The position numbers and the translations under genes were made by a program. From assembly GCA_000934665.2 (NCBI GenBank), contig KZ538548.1:1-62851 (forward strand): 62,851 bases of DNA, written 5' to 3'. Numbering within the stretch: position 1 is the stretch's first letter; each line of letters starts with the position of its first letter. This DNA comes from Catajapyx aquilonaris. Its lineage: Eukaryota. The notes beneath the pieces are model-generated. The model saw nothing but the letters and a program-made list of their open reading frames with translations. It ran no database searches and was not told the origin of the DNA. Shown here in pieces: positions 14,192 to 28,280 of the stretch.

Positions 14192-15453
14192 TGTCAGACA
14201 TTCCAATTATTCCCAAAACCTATAGCTAATATTTTTATAACTTGCATAAATAGCTGCTTATTGAGTAATTTTTTAACTATTATGTTTCTGAATAGAGGCA
14301 CTTCTTTTCTTTCTTCTGTTGTGGTGTCTGAAACACTAGGACTGACCTGTACCTCGTAGTGTAGAATCCTTCTCAAAAGACATATAGTCTGACTTGAGTA
14401 GTCGATGGAGAAAAGAAAAGTGGCGTGAAAGGAGGAGAAAACAAGATGGAGGCAGAGACGAGTGAACTGTCGAGTGTGCGTGGTTCCAGCAGCTACTTCT
14501 TGAAGTCTGAATCGGAGGGGCCAGCCTGTTTCCGTACATCTTCTTTTTTTTCGACCCTTCCGAACAATTTTTTTGGGGGGAAGGACCGAGCCTCTTAACC
14601 TTCCTAGTGGGAGTCCTAAAGGCGCAAATTGGATTGGCTTCAGCTTTTTCGACGTATAAAGGGTTTTTCTTAGGAGAGGGCCAGAATCATCTACTGGTAA
14701 TGCTTTGGGAAGTGCAGAGCCTGAATTGGTATTGGATAAGTGCAGACTATTGAGGATTCTCTTTGACACTTTTCAACAAAATGGATTCCAATTTTTTAAT
14801 TTTGGAAATTTGATGAAATTCAGGTTCTGGTGACTTGATCCCCTCTAGTATGCCACCTAGATTCATATATGGCGCCTGGTATTAAGGGTTTCCGCAGTAG
14901 AACCGTATCGATTGTCAGGTCTGGGAGAAGTAAGGCAGTACTTCCTGGCCACTGTGAAAGGACACAGAAAATTGTCTGGTATCTGCGGAACAGATCCTGC
15001 AAATGGTCTTGCGAAAATCCGAAGGGAGCATCAGCCTCAGCTCTTTTCTCAAGACTTTTTCTTCTATACAGGAGACTGACTCCAGGATTTATGACCATGA
15101 CTGCAAAATAAGGACTTGAAAAAAAAACGGAGACTTCTGAGGCATTTTTGCCCTCCAGAATGCTGTTTTGCATATTTGGGGATGGATTGGGGATTGTAGC
15201 ACTGACCTGCTGCCTGGATGATGCGATTTTTATTCAGGACGTACAGCTTTAGGAAGTAAGGGCAGATCCAGGTGATGGATTACTCACGCCTGATGTCAGT
15301 GTAAGGGCCAGTTGTACAATCCCAAAGGTTTTTTTAAACAAAAAAAAAACACTTTTTTGGCCTGAGTAATCAATCATCGTGATCTACAAGGGAATGTAAA
15401 CTTTTGGATTTTTTCACACATTAGTGGATGCTTTATTTAGAGAACACACACAA

Positions 15454-15676
15454 TCTATAATATTAAAATCCTTGCGGGAGTTGGCCAAGCCCTCTGATTG
15501 GTCCTCCGCATATTGTTACCGCCACCTCCCCATTGGCCCGCGTTCTACTCATGCGCAATGGGGGTGTAAACAACTGTTGGGTTGCCGGGGAAACTGTCCA
15601 TTCCCCGGCGATATGGTGCGCCGAATAGGTACCCCAGCAGGCCGTAGGCCTAGAAAAGAGCGAGCGAAGCGAGTAG
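15454..15676 (+). mobile_element. Non-autonomous Helitron family H1
   Basis: a|TCtataatattaaaatc start; near-identical to 37280-37500; 3' end cgagcgaagcgagtag|t is approximate. Confidence 0.85.
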
Positions 15677-18600
15677 TTTGCGAGCGTTATAGTATGTAAT
15701 ATTGTGCACAAAATTGTGTGCAGTTGAGGCGATGAATCGTGTGCGAAAATTTATATTCAAATGAGTTTGCGTGCTACATGACAATAATGTGAGTCACATG
15801 TAAATAATCCAAAAAAAATACATTTCATGTGCATGCCCTCTAAAATAAATGAAGCATATCAATATATTTGCAGAGATTGACATATTCAAATGTGTTGTTA
15901 TCGATGTTTACGTGTTGTGCTGTACATTTGAATACATACTTTTTCACATATTTTTGACAAGACTGCTGACATTTTTGTGGGTAAATGTTACCAAAAAAAA
16001 TTGCATCTTTCTTCTCGACTTCAATAAATAAATAAGCGAGCCCAGACTTTTATCCGAAAGTTCGCTAAGACTCTAGAAGAAATTGAAGCGACACTCTGTC
16101 CTCTATAAATCCGGGGCTTGATGAAACTACGTTAAGTGCTAAGGGACGTTATTTTTTATTCACAAAAAAAACTGGGATTAGTGGTTTAAGTAAGTGCCAC
16201 TTGATGTTACTGTCCTAAATGCGCGGATTTTTTTTTTTGGCGAATGAGATTTTTTTCTGAAAAAGTCGCCATTTTTAAGCACTTAAGTATAGTAGCTTCG
16301 TTCCTGATTAAGTATTTACAGTTTAACAGAGTATGGGGGATAGTCTTGTTTCAATGATAGGGAAATGGTGGTAGTTAATTGACAAAGAGTAGAGGTAGAA
16401 GCGCCAAACTGACTCGAATAATTGAACAAACTATCTCTGATTAGCCAGGACTATCCTCACAGTTCCCCGCGTAACAAAGGCAAATCAGGTAACTTGCGTA
16501 ATGGACCGGTGAACATAAACTACAGTGCTGGCTGCTAATGGCAATTTGCCCCTTTGTCAAATTGTTGTCCTTTACGTTCTAAGTTAATCAGGGTTTTTTG
16601 GAAGCATGGTGCAATGTATTGATCAGGTTCAAAAAATTGCTAAAAAAGTGCATATACCTAATATTCTGCAGAGTATTAAATTTTTAAATAATATTTGCCC
16701 TACTTTTTTTTGTACACGTTAGTATGAATAAATGCGTGTCTATAGTTTGCGCACGAACGCACCCTTTGCACGCATATATTCATTCCGACGAACAAAAAAA
16801 CAAGTTTTGAAACCACTGTTCTGCAGCTAACAATGAGTTTTCTCCCGGGGTGATAACCTCAGCACAAAAATGTAATGGCAAAAAAAACTACCAATGATAT
16901 GCCAGAAAGCAGTGCCTTTGAAGTTGAACCGACCGCCCTCCAGGTATGCAAATGGGAACAATCGGATGAGTTTTTTTTTCCTCCTAGAATCTGATCTGCC
17001 CCAATGGGATTTTTAGAGTGAATTCAATCCTGCATGATTTGCTAAAGGATTTATGATGGACCAGGCTGGCCTGGCATATCAGCAATGCAATATTAATAAA
17101 TCCTGACACGTGAGTGATGATTTGTCAGTGGCTGCCAAAACTCATTATATCTCTGAACCATAGTTCACACTGGAGGGCTGTTGCATAACTAAGTTATTTG
17201 GGGGCATGTTTAGGCACAAATTACGTTTGTTACACTGAATGGTATTGGCAGGGAGTGTTGATTAGTAGCACATGTGGTCACTAATGAGGATGTCATTATC
17301 GTAAACAGTGATGTTTTTATTTAGTTTGAATCTAAGGTACTTTCTGATTTACTAACTGCATGCAACAATTTAAAGGTGTATCATTAGCGCCGTTAATTTT
17401 TTAATGTCCTATTACAGCAGGGTGGGCCAATTAAGAGTTGCTTTCCTCTAATGATGTCTTGACTTCTGTGTATACTAGGCTCACAAACGAAAGATCGATG
17501 TGGAGCTTGTACTTGGGACTTAAAGGTCATGAATTTCAATTGACTTCAATTATATTCATAATTATGTTGGTTGAAAATCCAGCCAATTCTGTTCTATTCC
17601 ATTTATTGCGGGGATGTTAATGAAAGTCATAGTGTGCGTTGATTAATAATTATGTCATTACATATACAGCACTTTGTGAAGAAATGTTTTAAACTTTAAA
17701 CTAATACATTGCGACTTTTGGGCCCTTGTATAGCTCCAATTTTACAGGCCAATATGGCAAGATTTCAACTCTGTGATGACCACCCAGCCGGAAAACATCA
17801 TTGCCCAAGCATACTTTGCAAAATATGATTCGAGTTTTTCTCCTGGCTGAACTTCAGGCTTGTTTGGCACAAATATTCGCCAAATTGTCTGTTTCGCAAG
17901 GCTTGGCTGCAAATTTTTGGCAATTCGTCCGATCTAAGGACACATGCACGTACACACAGAGTCCGTGAGTTATTGAACCAGCTGCACTATTGAAATTCCA
18001 TCCGCATTTTCAATTAGTAATGTCATTTGAGCCCAGACCCGACTACCCGATCAAACCGGCGCGCAATTCAAATTCCACAACCCCCTGATCTTCTTCCTAG
18101 GCTGTCACGTCCATTGAAATCCGACACCCTGTGGTACATGGAGGCAATGAGAGCACTCGAACCGTGACTTGAACCGGATCCTATAAGCACGAACGTCCGT
18201 TTTGTGAGCCCAAAATCTTGCCTATTTCTCCACGACCGCGTGAAAAGGAAAAGCCCCCCCCCCCACCATTTCCTTCAGACTCAGTCATCTCGGTAATGTT
18301 CCACATTCTTGTTTCCGTCTTGAGCCTTGGCTACCGGGTGAGGAAATGGCATTTCCAACCTCCACCATCTATAACCCTTTTATAGAGCAATATGAATAAA
18401 ATTTCCAAGCAGTTTGACGCTCTAGGAAATTTCGGTTGTTTCCACCTGTTGAACCTGTTTATGGGCCTGAATTCATGGACACGTATACGCAAATCCGAGT
18501 GGTCTGATAGTGAATTATCTGCACGTTCGTAATTAGTGGAAGGGGGGGCATCAAATTTAAATGAATGGCGTGGTGATGTGCGTTATCGTACTGGTCACGT

Positions 18601-19533
18601 TGCCAGAACAAATTCGACCCCCAAATACCCCCCGGATTTTCTAGGGGTATTTTTACCGGATTTTGGACTTGACAAGATGAGGTCATTCTATAGATGTAGC
18701 GGTGACAATCAGTTCAAGCGTGATTCGAGTATACTTTTTCTCATTCAAATAGGACAACAATGTTTCCTGTCATCAAAAAGTACAATTCATTTTTTTTTTG
18801 AAAATGTGTTTAGGAAGCGTGTTTCTAATTCCGGGTTGATAATAATTTTGAAGCAGCGGTGCATTCCCCCGTTGCAAATGCTGCTCCCCCATTCCATTAA
18901 TAATGCTTAATGACCAAAAAAACGTGTTCACCCAGACCACATCAGCAGTTATTGGATTTTTTGCTTAATCCTATGGGGATTTCAGCTCGGTGAAATACAG
19001 GGGCTCTATTGACATCTCTCAATAACACAAATCGCGAACTATAGCTTTTTGTGCATCAAAAAGAAGCGGATTGTATGACATCAGTACAGAGTGAGTCACA
19101 ACAGCTAATGGTACCCACTCTATGACAGGAAACTAGGCAATCTAAAGACAAATGGCAAAAGTCAGGTGGAAAGGCAAACAGCCCAGGAAGGTTTGGGAAG
19201 AGGAAGTGTGTCTTATGGCTAGTGTCAATAAGGGTCTTGAAAGATAACTAGACGTTGATGGGGTACCCGGATCACGTCCACTTGACGCACGACTTAACCG
19301 ATAGAGTCGGCAAAGAAGAAAAGGCGGCCGGAAGACGTCTTCCGAAACGCCTTCCCGAGACACCCTCGAATAAAGTCTCCAAAGTTCGATCGTGGGATGC
19401 ATTTTCACCTGGGTCATGCCTTCTGCACTGACAAATCCGGCGAATATTTCACCCCAGACTGTACACTATTTGGGTACCATCACCTTTACAAATTGGATCG
19501 TGCACACTGCTTGTAAAATTATTTCCAACGCTA

Positions 19534-19721
19534 CACTCTTAACCATTTACCTTCTCTAGAGAGGGTAAGAAAGTGGCAATTTTTTTACCTTACATTGTAG
19601 GGTAAATATTCTTGGGTAAATTGATTCAAAGGTAAATTTTGCATGCATTACCTTAGAAAATAGAGGGTAAAAAAGAGGCCCCCCTTTTACCCTCTCTAGA
19701 GAAGGTAAATGGTTAAGAGTG
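19534..19721. mobile_element. MITE family A, internally deleted copy (188 bp)
   Basis: ta|cactcttaaccatttacc…ggtaaatggttaagagtg|ta; most of the right arm is missing. Confidence 0.9.
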
Positions 19722-20293
19722 TACTCAGCGCAGGGTTATTATTGGCGAGAAAATTGTTTTAATAAGGAAAGCTTGCCCCTTTTGTTGTACTGTACAGTAG
19801 TTGTAATATCCATGCTGTTTGTACCACATATATATTTTGCTTTGTGGTACACTAATTTAGGAGTTTCTCTCTGCAGACCATGCATCGCTGCAACATATGT
19901 TCACATAAGCAAAAGTTTGTGTACTGCAACCCAAACATGGCATTTACCAGCCAGAATCCAGTGAAATTTTTTTTGTGTGTGCAAATAACATGTGCGTTAT
20001 TTCCAAGCCTGGGACCAAGTATTCAAGGTTGAGGGGAAGTCATTGGTGATCAATAGGTTTCCAGCTTCTTTTGGTGGGATGTTTGCTTCGTTCTGAAACC
20101 ATATTCCCATAGGCTTTAATATTTCTCTTTTGCTGTCGTTTCTTATTCGCTCATCCGAAAATTTCCATTTTGGTTGGTCCTTCTGGGTTTTTTTAAAAAA
20201 GTTTGAAACAATTGAAAGACGCCGATTGGTGTGTTACAATATGTGCAAAAATGGGTTGAAAATATTTGCAACATTGCTTATTATGGATATCAA

Positions 20294-20326
20294 ACTAATG
20301 TCAATTTTTCCTCCTTTCAGGTGAGT
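20294..20326 (+). promoter_or_regulatory. Candidate recursive splice site (ratchet point, zero-nt exon)
   Basis: actaat branch motif, tttttcctcctttcag acceptor ending at 20320, immediately followed by consensus donor gtgagt. Same strand as the Ig exon, inside the inferred long intron. Confidence 0.7.
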
Positions 20327-20760
20327 TACAGTGATTACACAAGCGGTGTTACTGGTGTGGTAAGTTGTTCAGTAATGTGTTTACATCATCTGAATGTTGA
20401 GCATCTCATTTTTTTTAAATATTTACCTCCAAGAAACTTCCTTGGGGGCTTCTAATTTTATCGTTTACAGATTCATCCTAATTAAAACTTTGCTATCACT
20501 CCAGGCTGTACTCGTTTTCCTAATAAACTTCGGTAATTGCAAAATATTAATTTACGAACTTTTGTCAGAAACCTTTTGTAAATAAGTTGATATGGAAATG
20601 AGATGCAGAAATTCTGACGACACTTTTTAATATTTCAACACTTCGAATTATATACACACAAGGCCAGGTCACTTCTCTAGAAATGCCCAGCCGAATGCTT
20701 CAAAGTGGAATAATTATGTCACGGGGGCGAAAAGTCCGGATCCCCTTGTGCATATACTGA

Positions 20761-21167
20761 CAAGGGAAGGTCACGGGGTGATAATGAGGGATCTTGATGA
20801 AATTTAACATGCTAATACAGGACAATATATGATACCCAAAAATGAAATATTTCGTGCGGAGGCCCATATTTGCAAAAGTTATGACGTCTTAAAGTTCCAA
20901 AAAATAAACAATTTCATTCGTAATGGGATTACATTAGCGACCACATATAATGACATTGAAGTGTGTAATCAGTTTCTACACTTTTTCTCATCGGAAAAAA
21001 GTCCTACAGAACGGCTCTGTCCGTTTTTTGGAACTTTAAGACGTCATAACTTTTTCAAATATGGGCCTCCGCACGAAATATTCCATTTTTGGGTATCATA
21101 TATTGTCATGTAATAGCATGTTAAATTTCATCAAGATCCGTCATTATCAACCCGTGACCTTCCCTTG
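20761..21167. mobile_element. Tc4/Tc5-like MITE, ~145-bp TIRs, TGA TSD
   Basis: c-tga|caagggaaggtcacggg … cccgtgaccttcccttg|tga-g. The empty site would be CTGAG (CTNAG target), and CAAGGGAAG termini recall nematode Tc5. Confidence 0.88.
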
Positions 21168-21873
21168 TGAGGATTGTGATTATTATAAATTTAATTTTTT
21201 TGCCAACTCAGGTACTTATTGGCTCATAGCCACTTAATAAAAATAGCAGTTGGAAGAGATTCTTTCTTTAAAATATGCTCCTTTCTGAAAGATTACATCT
21301 CATCCTTTTAAGACCCATATCTCATGGAACTGGAGGGAATAAGTGGTCAGAATTTTCATACTTCACGCCAATTATCCGCCATGAAAAGGGCTCTTCTTCG
21401 TGGAGGAATGGGATTCGTAAAACCTGCCGGGGACATTTCTAGTGGATTTAGATGGTAATTAAGATAGTAACCTTCCCCTTTCCCAAAAACTCGCTTCCAG
21501 CCAGTCGATGCCTCCGAGCTAGAAATGTTTCATTGATTGCCGCTTCAAATGAATTTCCATCTCTATCCTAGCCCCTTTTTTTCCTATATTTTCTCCCCCC
21601 CCCCACCCCCACCCCCAAAAAAGAAGGTAGTCAATATAGTGGTGCCAAAATCCAATAAACCCTCAAGTTGTTTTCGATGTAAGCCTTTTGGCGAATAGAT
21701 TTGGGCAGGAATTTCGCGCCATGAAATTGCCGTTTGTATACTTTGCTGAAGTGGACCCATTGGTATTGTTGACCTATAGAAACTATGATCGTTTCTTATT
21801 TTAACTGATTGCTTAACATTAACCCATGGCTGAATGATTTTTCTCTCTCATAAAATTGTCTTATAGAGCGGAT

Positions 21874-22438
21874 CTGTCCGTCCGTCCGTCTGTGGACAGG
21901 TATTAGGACCTATAGCAACAAAGCGACAAACGGTTTTCGAATTCGGTTTTAGTAGTCCATAAATGGGTTGGGCTGTGCGATATTTCGATACATCGACTGT
22001 CGATAACGATATTTTCCTAATGTCGAAGTTGCGATATCCGACATTTGGCATGTGCAATGTATCGAATTTCGCGATTTTTCGATATTTTCGATATATCGAC
22101 TTCGATTCGATATTTTCGATATCGGTGTTTCGATATATCGACTTCGATTCGATATTTTCGATGTGGGTGTTTCTATTTTCGATATATCGACTTCGATTCG
22201 ACATTTTCAATATCGGTGATTCGATATATCGACTTCGATTCGATATATTCGATGTAGGTGATTCGATATATCGACTTCGATTCGATATATTCGATGTAGG
22301 TGTTTCTATTTTCGATATATCGACTTCGATTCGATATTCTTTAGTATCGAAAGTCGATATGCAATTTCGGATATCGCACAGCCCTATAAAAATGGGTTTC
22401 ATGGTCAACTTCTGGTGCCTGTCCACTTCCGGATTTCC
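21874..22438 (+). mobile_element. GTCC/GTCT-microsatellite-bearing repeat family E (Helitron/Helentron-like), split by family C
   Basis: Blocks ctgtccgtc…gaca, gttttcg.attc and ggtcaacttc.ggtg…ccacttccgg are shared with 62725-62841. Ends are not resolved. Confidence 0.55.
21968..22386. mobile_element. hAT-like non-autonomous element family C with internal TCGA-rich tandem repeats
   Basis: TIR t(a/t)gggctgtgcgatat…atatcgcacagcccta; approximate TSD taaatggg / taaaaatggg; second copy at 47741. Confidence 0.88.
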
Positions 22439-24801
22439 GGAGTCACTCTTATCCGCTAAGGTCAAGTCTACAGGTGGGTTCTTTGGCAACGTCGTTGTTG
22501 TCCAATTTGAATTTACTTGCCAATGAGAAAAAAGTCGACTCGAATCCACTTGCCAATCTTGTTTTAATTATTTTTATAACCAAATTAACTAACACGATTT
22601 TTTTAAAAAAAATCTGTGTCCTGCATATACGACATCCGGATTTAGCTTAGTAACACACTGTATGTCACCTATTACGTCAGCATAATCCTGTCCTGAAACT
22701 TTTTAAAGTAGGTGGAAGCGGGATTACGAAAAATGGATGGAAAACGTCTGTATCTCCAGAATTCTACACACATCCTCGACTTAATACAGGAGTGGCGCAT
22801 TGGGATTGGGAGATGTGAGGGGCTTTTGGAAAGGGGGGGAGGGAGGGTGTTGGTAAGGGGTGAAGGGGGGGGGGGGTCGGAAGATCCAATATCTATGGGC
22901 GCGAGGAGAATTTTTATTCCCGTAAGGAAAAGCTAGAAACTGTGCGCCGTCTGCTTCTCAAGTATATATGGACAAAAAATATATATAAACTACTTTTTTT
23001 TGGTAGTAGTGAATGTCTTTTACAGGGTGATACACACGATTTATGAACCGAGCGTTATTTTTGCGTACTGTACAGTGTACACAAAAGGCTAGCAATATTT
23101 CACCTTACACATTCTGGAGTCCGAAGATAGACGTCAGAGTTGCGCTTTTTTTGTTGAAATAAATTGTGTCCATATTTCTGACACTGCTCGAGGTAGGTGC
23201 CAAAAGTACGGCTCTCGTGTAGTAGACATATCGACCAGAGCAGGGGGCTGGAGGCATTTAAACAAAAGTTTTCACCGCTACACAGGGTGTTCCAACAACA
23301 CACGTTGATTATTTAGCTTCCTTTCAGTAATCATGTCACTAATTTGCTTCCAAAACGTCTCTCATATAATGAACCTGAAGTTACACAACTTGTAATCAAA
23401 ATTTGTCATAATTAAAGTTAATGCGAGTCGGATATAGTTCCAATCATGTATTTTTTTATAAAAAAAATCGAAGCTATACTTTTTTTGGCCCGCGCTGCCA
23501 CTAAGCTGCTTCATGAAAAAAACAGCTAAGCTTTTCTGTACAGCCCTGTACATGCAGGAAAGTTGGAAGTTTGCACTTGCACCGAGAAAACCCGAGAGTT
23601 GGGCTTCTCATGCATGAAGTGTATTCACATGGAGGTTGAGTGCCCTCATGTGGAGACCGCGGTGGCCAGTAAACCGCAGACTATTCATAGTCCTGGCGAT
23701 TAAACGCAGCGTGTGCTGCACATAGGGCGGGCTACCTATTTGCATGTCATGAAACTTGTTTTTAAAAAATGCAGGTTTCAGAATCTCGGGCAAAGTTGCC
23801 TTCAAGGAAAATCCAGTAAAGTTTGCGACGTTTTTGCAGAAAGTCAGTGACGGCTTGGGGACATCAAAAGAATCTGAGGATATAGACGGAATCTGTAGAT
23901 ACAGTGTATATATCCTCCTGGGTGAAGGTATCAGAAGCTAGGAATTTTGTTTGTGGAAAGAAGCGGAGGAGATAAGGATTGAAATATCTGGCCCGAGTTT
24001 GTGTGCTTTCAAGGAAACCCGTTCCTGTATTGGACATTGAATATAGTATGGCCCACGCTAATGCAAATCCAATACAAATTTCAAATTTAGTGAGCGTTTT
24101 TTTTTTTTGGGGGGGGGGGGGGNGGCCTTCCCTGCACAAAAGCCGTCAAATATTTGGGCATGCTTATGTCCGAAGCCAACGACATTTTATGTCATAATAT
24201 CACGGCCATAAAACCGACACTGGAATCTAGTTGAGACATGACAGTGGCATGACTAGTTTGATTAGGTAATTCAGCCAGAAAAGGACAGTAAAAATATATA
24301 CAGGGTAGTAAACACATGAACTTGTCGTTTAACTTTCGATATGTAGCTTCTAGGATAGACATATAGCTTTCCTATGACTTTCCATAGTTGAAAAGGGTGA
24401 CTTCAAAGGAAATGGAATACACGAGAGTATATGTCAAAATGAAAGAGCAAAGTACTGATGCTACTGCCGTCAAAACCACTTCAACCAGTCTAGAGTGATA
24501 GTCTATAGTTCCTTTCATGCTGCTTGTGGGTAGGGATTCCACTCTCTATATTCAACTGCACAATAGTGGTGTATGTCAAGGGGGAAATGCTGTCGGAGTA
24601 CAGTACGTGGGTTGTAATCACGAACATTTTGCCGGGTCCAGGTCAGGGAGAGATAAGTTTACACTGCACGTATTTTTGTACAGAGAGCCCACAACAGGTG
24701 TGTGGAATTTCTAGGTAGTCTATAGAGTTGCCAACCATTATAGGGAGGTTAATTGACATTGATCGATTCGACTGTAGACACAATTATTGGGGGCCTTGAT
24801 A

Positions 24802-25014
24802 CAGGGTGTTTGATAATGGCTCATGTTCTACAGTTTGTAAATGTTTGTCGTATCTACCTAACCTACTTTCAGACTAATGGTAGTATTTTGAAAATAAGGT
24901 ATGTGTTTGAAGATCGTTATATCGGTAACGAAGCAGCTGAGACCAAATGCCACCTCTACATTTAATGATCCTTTGCTCACCACTTAGTTTACGCAATCAT
25001 TATGGAACACCCGG
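24802..25014. mobile_element. Degenerate Tc1/mariner-type MITE
   Basis: ta|cagggtgtttgataatg … cattatggaacacccgg; imperfect TIRs. Confidence 0.5.
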
Positions 25015-25692
25015 TTTCGGCGAATTACTTTTTGAACGGGGCCGACTAAAAGTAGCCCTAATCAAATTTTAATGCTTCCTGATCCATTGTTTTGACATTT
25101 AATCAATAAAGTAACGCAAGACTTTTGCAAGCCCGTTTCTATCCTCCACAACTACAAATCCATAGAATAAGGTCGATGTTATGTTTCATTCATTTTGCCC
25201 CAAGCCTATTTGTGCAGGGTTAGGAAAATTCGTCTTTTATTGCTATTGTCGACGTCTATAGTTGGACGAATAGTTTTCAGCTAATATAAATAACCAGTTA
25301 TATTTGCCAGGTCGCACCCTAAACTGCAACAGAATCTTCCCAAAAATCAGCCTAGTCAAACTGACAGTATGGAATTACCTGGATATATTGGATTATTTAT
25401 TGAGTCGAAGGAACTAGTTTCGACGATGCCGACAGTTTAGTTTCCCCAGAAGGAAAGTTTCTGTTGGGTTTGGGCTCCTCCCTGGATAAAACCCTATCGC
25501 CCTTCCTGCCTAACCAAAGAAAGTTTGTGGTAGTATAGCTGGCGAACCAATTCAGGGGGCTGGAGGAGGTGGGGAGGAAATGGGAATAATCGATCGATTG
25601 GCCAGACCAGCATAGAGGAAATCGATTTGTTTTTTTGTTGGGGGGGGGGGAGAGCTGCTGTTGAACGCTTACCCTCGACACCTCCTGACACC

Positions 25693-25764
<72 letters not shown>
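25693..25764. repeat. (AAT)n microsatellite
   Basis: About 24 units. Confidence 0.97.
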
Positions 25765-25765
<1 letters not shown>

Positions 25766-26909
25766 AGTGTGGTTGGCATATTATGTAGGGCACAGTTAAT
25801 TGAATTGAATTGACGTATCGGGTTCACGGTAGGGTTGACAAAATGGCAACAATAATAATTTTTTTGGCAGTGGTTCGCTTAATTGCAGGAAAACAAATTA
25901 ATATGTATTGACACTGGGTGATAGACAGCCGCTTTGAAAATCACACCTAACGCACTTTTTTACCACCTGTACATGACAACTGCATTCTGGGTTGAGAAAT
26001 GACATGACATCGTGCAATGCCCATACCGTCCGCAGGTGTAACGCATGAAAACGTAAATGATTTATCAGCGGCTTTCATCACGAGCTTCCTTTCTAATAGA
26101 CTAATGGACATGTGCAACGACCGCGTCAGATGTCATAGTACATGCATCAGAGCGTGGAATGGCTAATGTTTTTGCATGACGTCCAGCACAGAAATATTGG
26201 TTGCTTCCCCTCGGTATAGGTTGCTAGGTGTGGTTTTAGTGGGAAGGGGGTTAGTTTGAGTGCAAAATTGCATCGATCCCACACCCCATATTAAGGAGAC
26301 TTTGGCTGGAAGGCAAGCCTGGACCTGAATTTGATGAATAGACTAGCTCGCTCCAACGGTCTCCCAAAGGGCATGAAGTCGGGCATTATCAGGCCTCGAA
26401 AAGGACGTTACCCACCACCCTCAACACATCCCCAGCAAACTCTAGTTTCGGACTTGTTGCCCACTCCCTTTTTTAAAAAAGGGGGCTTCTCTTTTGTCTC
26501 AGCCCATGAGAGAGTTAATCCGGAGCTTTCAATCGGTGGGCACTCTCGTGATTTGAAGCTCTTGGGAGGTTGGAGGACATCAGGTCTATTCAGAGCAGTT
26601 TTGGAGAACCTGGGGCTCGTTAGTTGCTGGGATACCTTTCAGTTGGGATAAGACTCGGACACTGCTCGGTTGGCTGCTGTGGTGATGGGTGAAAAGGGGT
26701 GTGTGTCCAGAAACGAGCAATTATGAGGGTGTGACAACAATTGAGGGAGTTGAGATCAAGAAAATTGAACCCTCTCGGTACCGGCGCCGTATTTTACGGC
26801 GCTACACTTTTTTGCGGAACTTCTATATCAATATTTGAATATTTTCTCCCTTAATAGTTGAATAGTTTCTCCCTTAATATTAGACAAAATATTGAATTGA
26901 AATTCAATC

Positions 26910-27043
26910 CATCCCCGTTTGTTGCAGGGTGATACATCCCGTTTGTTGCAGGGTGATACATCTCGATAGTATTAAAATTGATGGGCCAAAAATTTGATGG
27001 GCTAAAAGTTTGATGGGCTAAAAGTTTGATGGGCTAAAAGTTT
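26910..27043. repeat. 24-bp duplication followed by 16-bp repeat (aaagtttgatgggcta) x~4
   Basis: Direct observation. Confidence 0.85.
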
Positions 27044-28280
27044 ACTGACCCACAGGAGGTCCGAGTCATGTCCTGTGCCAAAATGTTTTATGCCCATCAG
27101 CGGTGCTACCTTTATGGCAACTATTGTCCGGCTGAAAGCATGCAGGATAGCTTTATATAGAGCCCGGATCTAGTGGGTTACACGGGTATTATCAGTCTCC
27201 TGTCTAATTGGACGTACAATGTAAGCTGTCTACAAAGAAAACCTTACACAAAGGATAGGGTGGGAGTGATAATGGGAAATGTTTTAAGGGTATTGGTTTT
27301 TTGCATACTCGAGGTAATTTAATTATGTGGTTTAAGATTTAATTATTACTATTCTCATAAACTGGCGTGGGTTAATTTTCGGTATATTCGAGCAACACTC
27401 AGCAGGTTGTTTGTGGAATTTGTTAGTTGCCTAAGGGTGTTCCCTGATGCAAAGTAATTGGGTTAAATAGTAATCGGCTCTTTGATGGATTATGTGAGTA
27501 CCTCCAGTTGGTCGGCATTTTGTTGCAATTACGCTCAGTAATTACAGGCCTGTCACCAATAAGTTATTTTTTTATATAAACATTATTTGCTATGCTATGT
27601 CGCGGGGCAATTTTTAACGAACTAGTTAGCCTACTGAGGCCATAAATTCGCTGCCGCTTTGTTGAAAAATTAGTTACAGTACATTCATAAATTCGAATGG
27701 CGCATTAGGCGAATAAAGAACAGGTAAATCAATAATCTTTTATTCCATTGATATAATACAGTGTACGTGCAGGGCAGGACTATGCAACTGTCAATGCGCA
27801 GTAGTTATTAGGTAATGGGTAATGGACCTGTCCGGATAGCAGCGATGCTAATCCGGATGTATATTGACTCAGAGCCTGGAATCAATTTTAAATGGAAACA
27901 TGGCTACCTTTTTAAAAAATAAAACCGGAAAGACGTGGTGCCAAAATTGGTCACGCATGTTGAAGTAGGCCTAATATGCTTCATACTGTACTGTACACCG
28001 GGGACGAGTGCGGCTGAGACGAGCGCTATAATCCGCACTGTACAACATTGACAGTGCAGAAGTGCGGCTCTTTGCTGCTGTCCTCATGTCAAAAACAGGG
28101 CTTTCATTCCGTGACATTTGCATATAGTCTATGTCTTGCTTTACATGCAGCTTACAGTTGTGGCAGTCGCGAATGCTTTTAGCCCTATCTGACCCAACCG
28201 TGAAGCTACAGTCACTTAGCAACAGGCATCAAACGCTCAGGAACGATGGAACCTAAAGACAGTTTAAGGGCTCACAAATT

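Noticed and set aside
14194..14769. 191-aa minus-strand ORF
   Set aside because: Non-ATG start, no recognisable domain and no coherent splice signals.
21195..21217. Second ratchet-point candidate (cag|gtactt); a similar one at 60541 (cag|gtaatt)
   Set aside because: Weak donor or interrupted pyrimidine tract; expected by chance.
21848..22549. 233-aa and 187-aa ORFs (and similar ones at 47817-48339)
   Set aside because: They are translations of the tandem repeat inside family C and are open on both strands.
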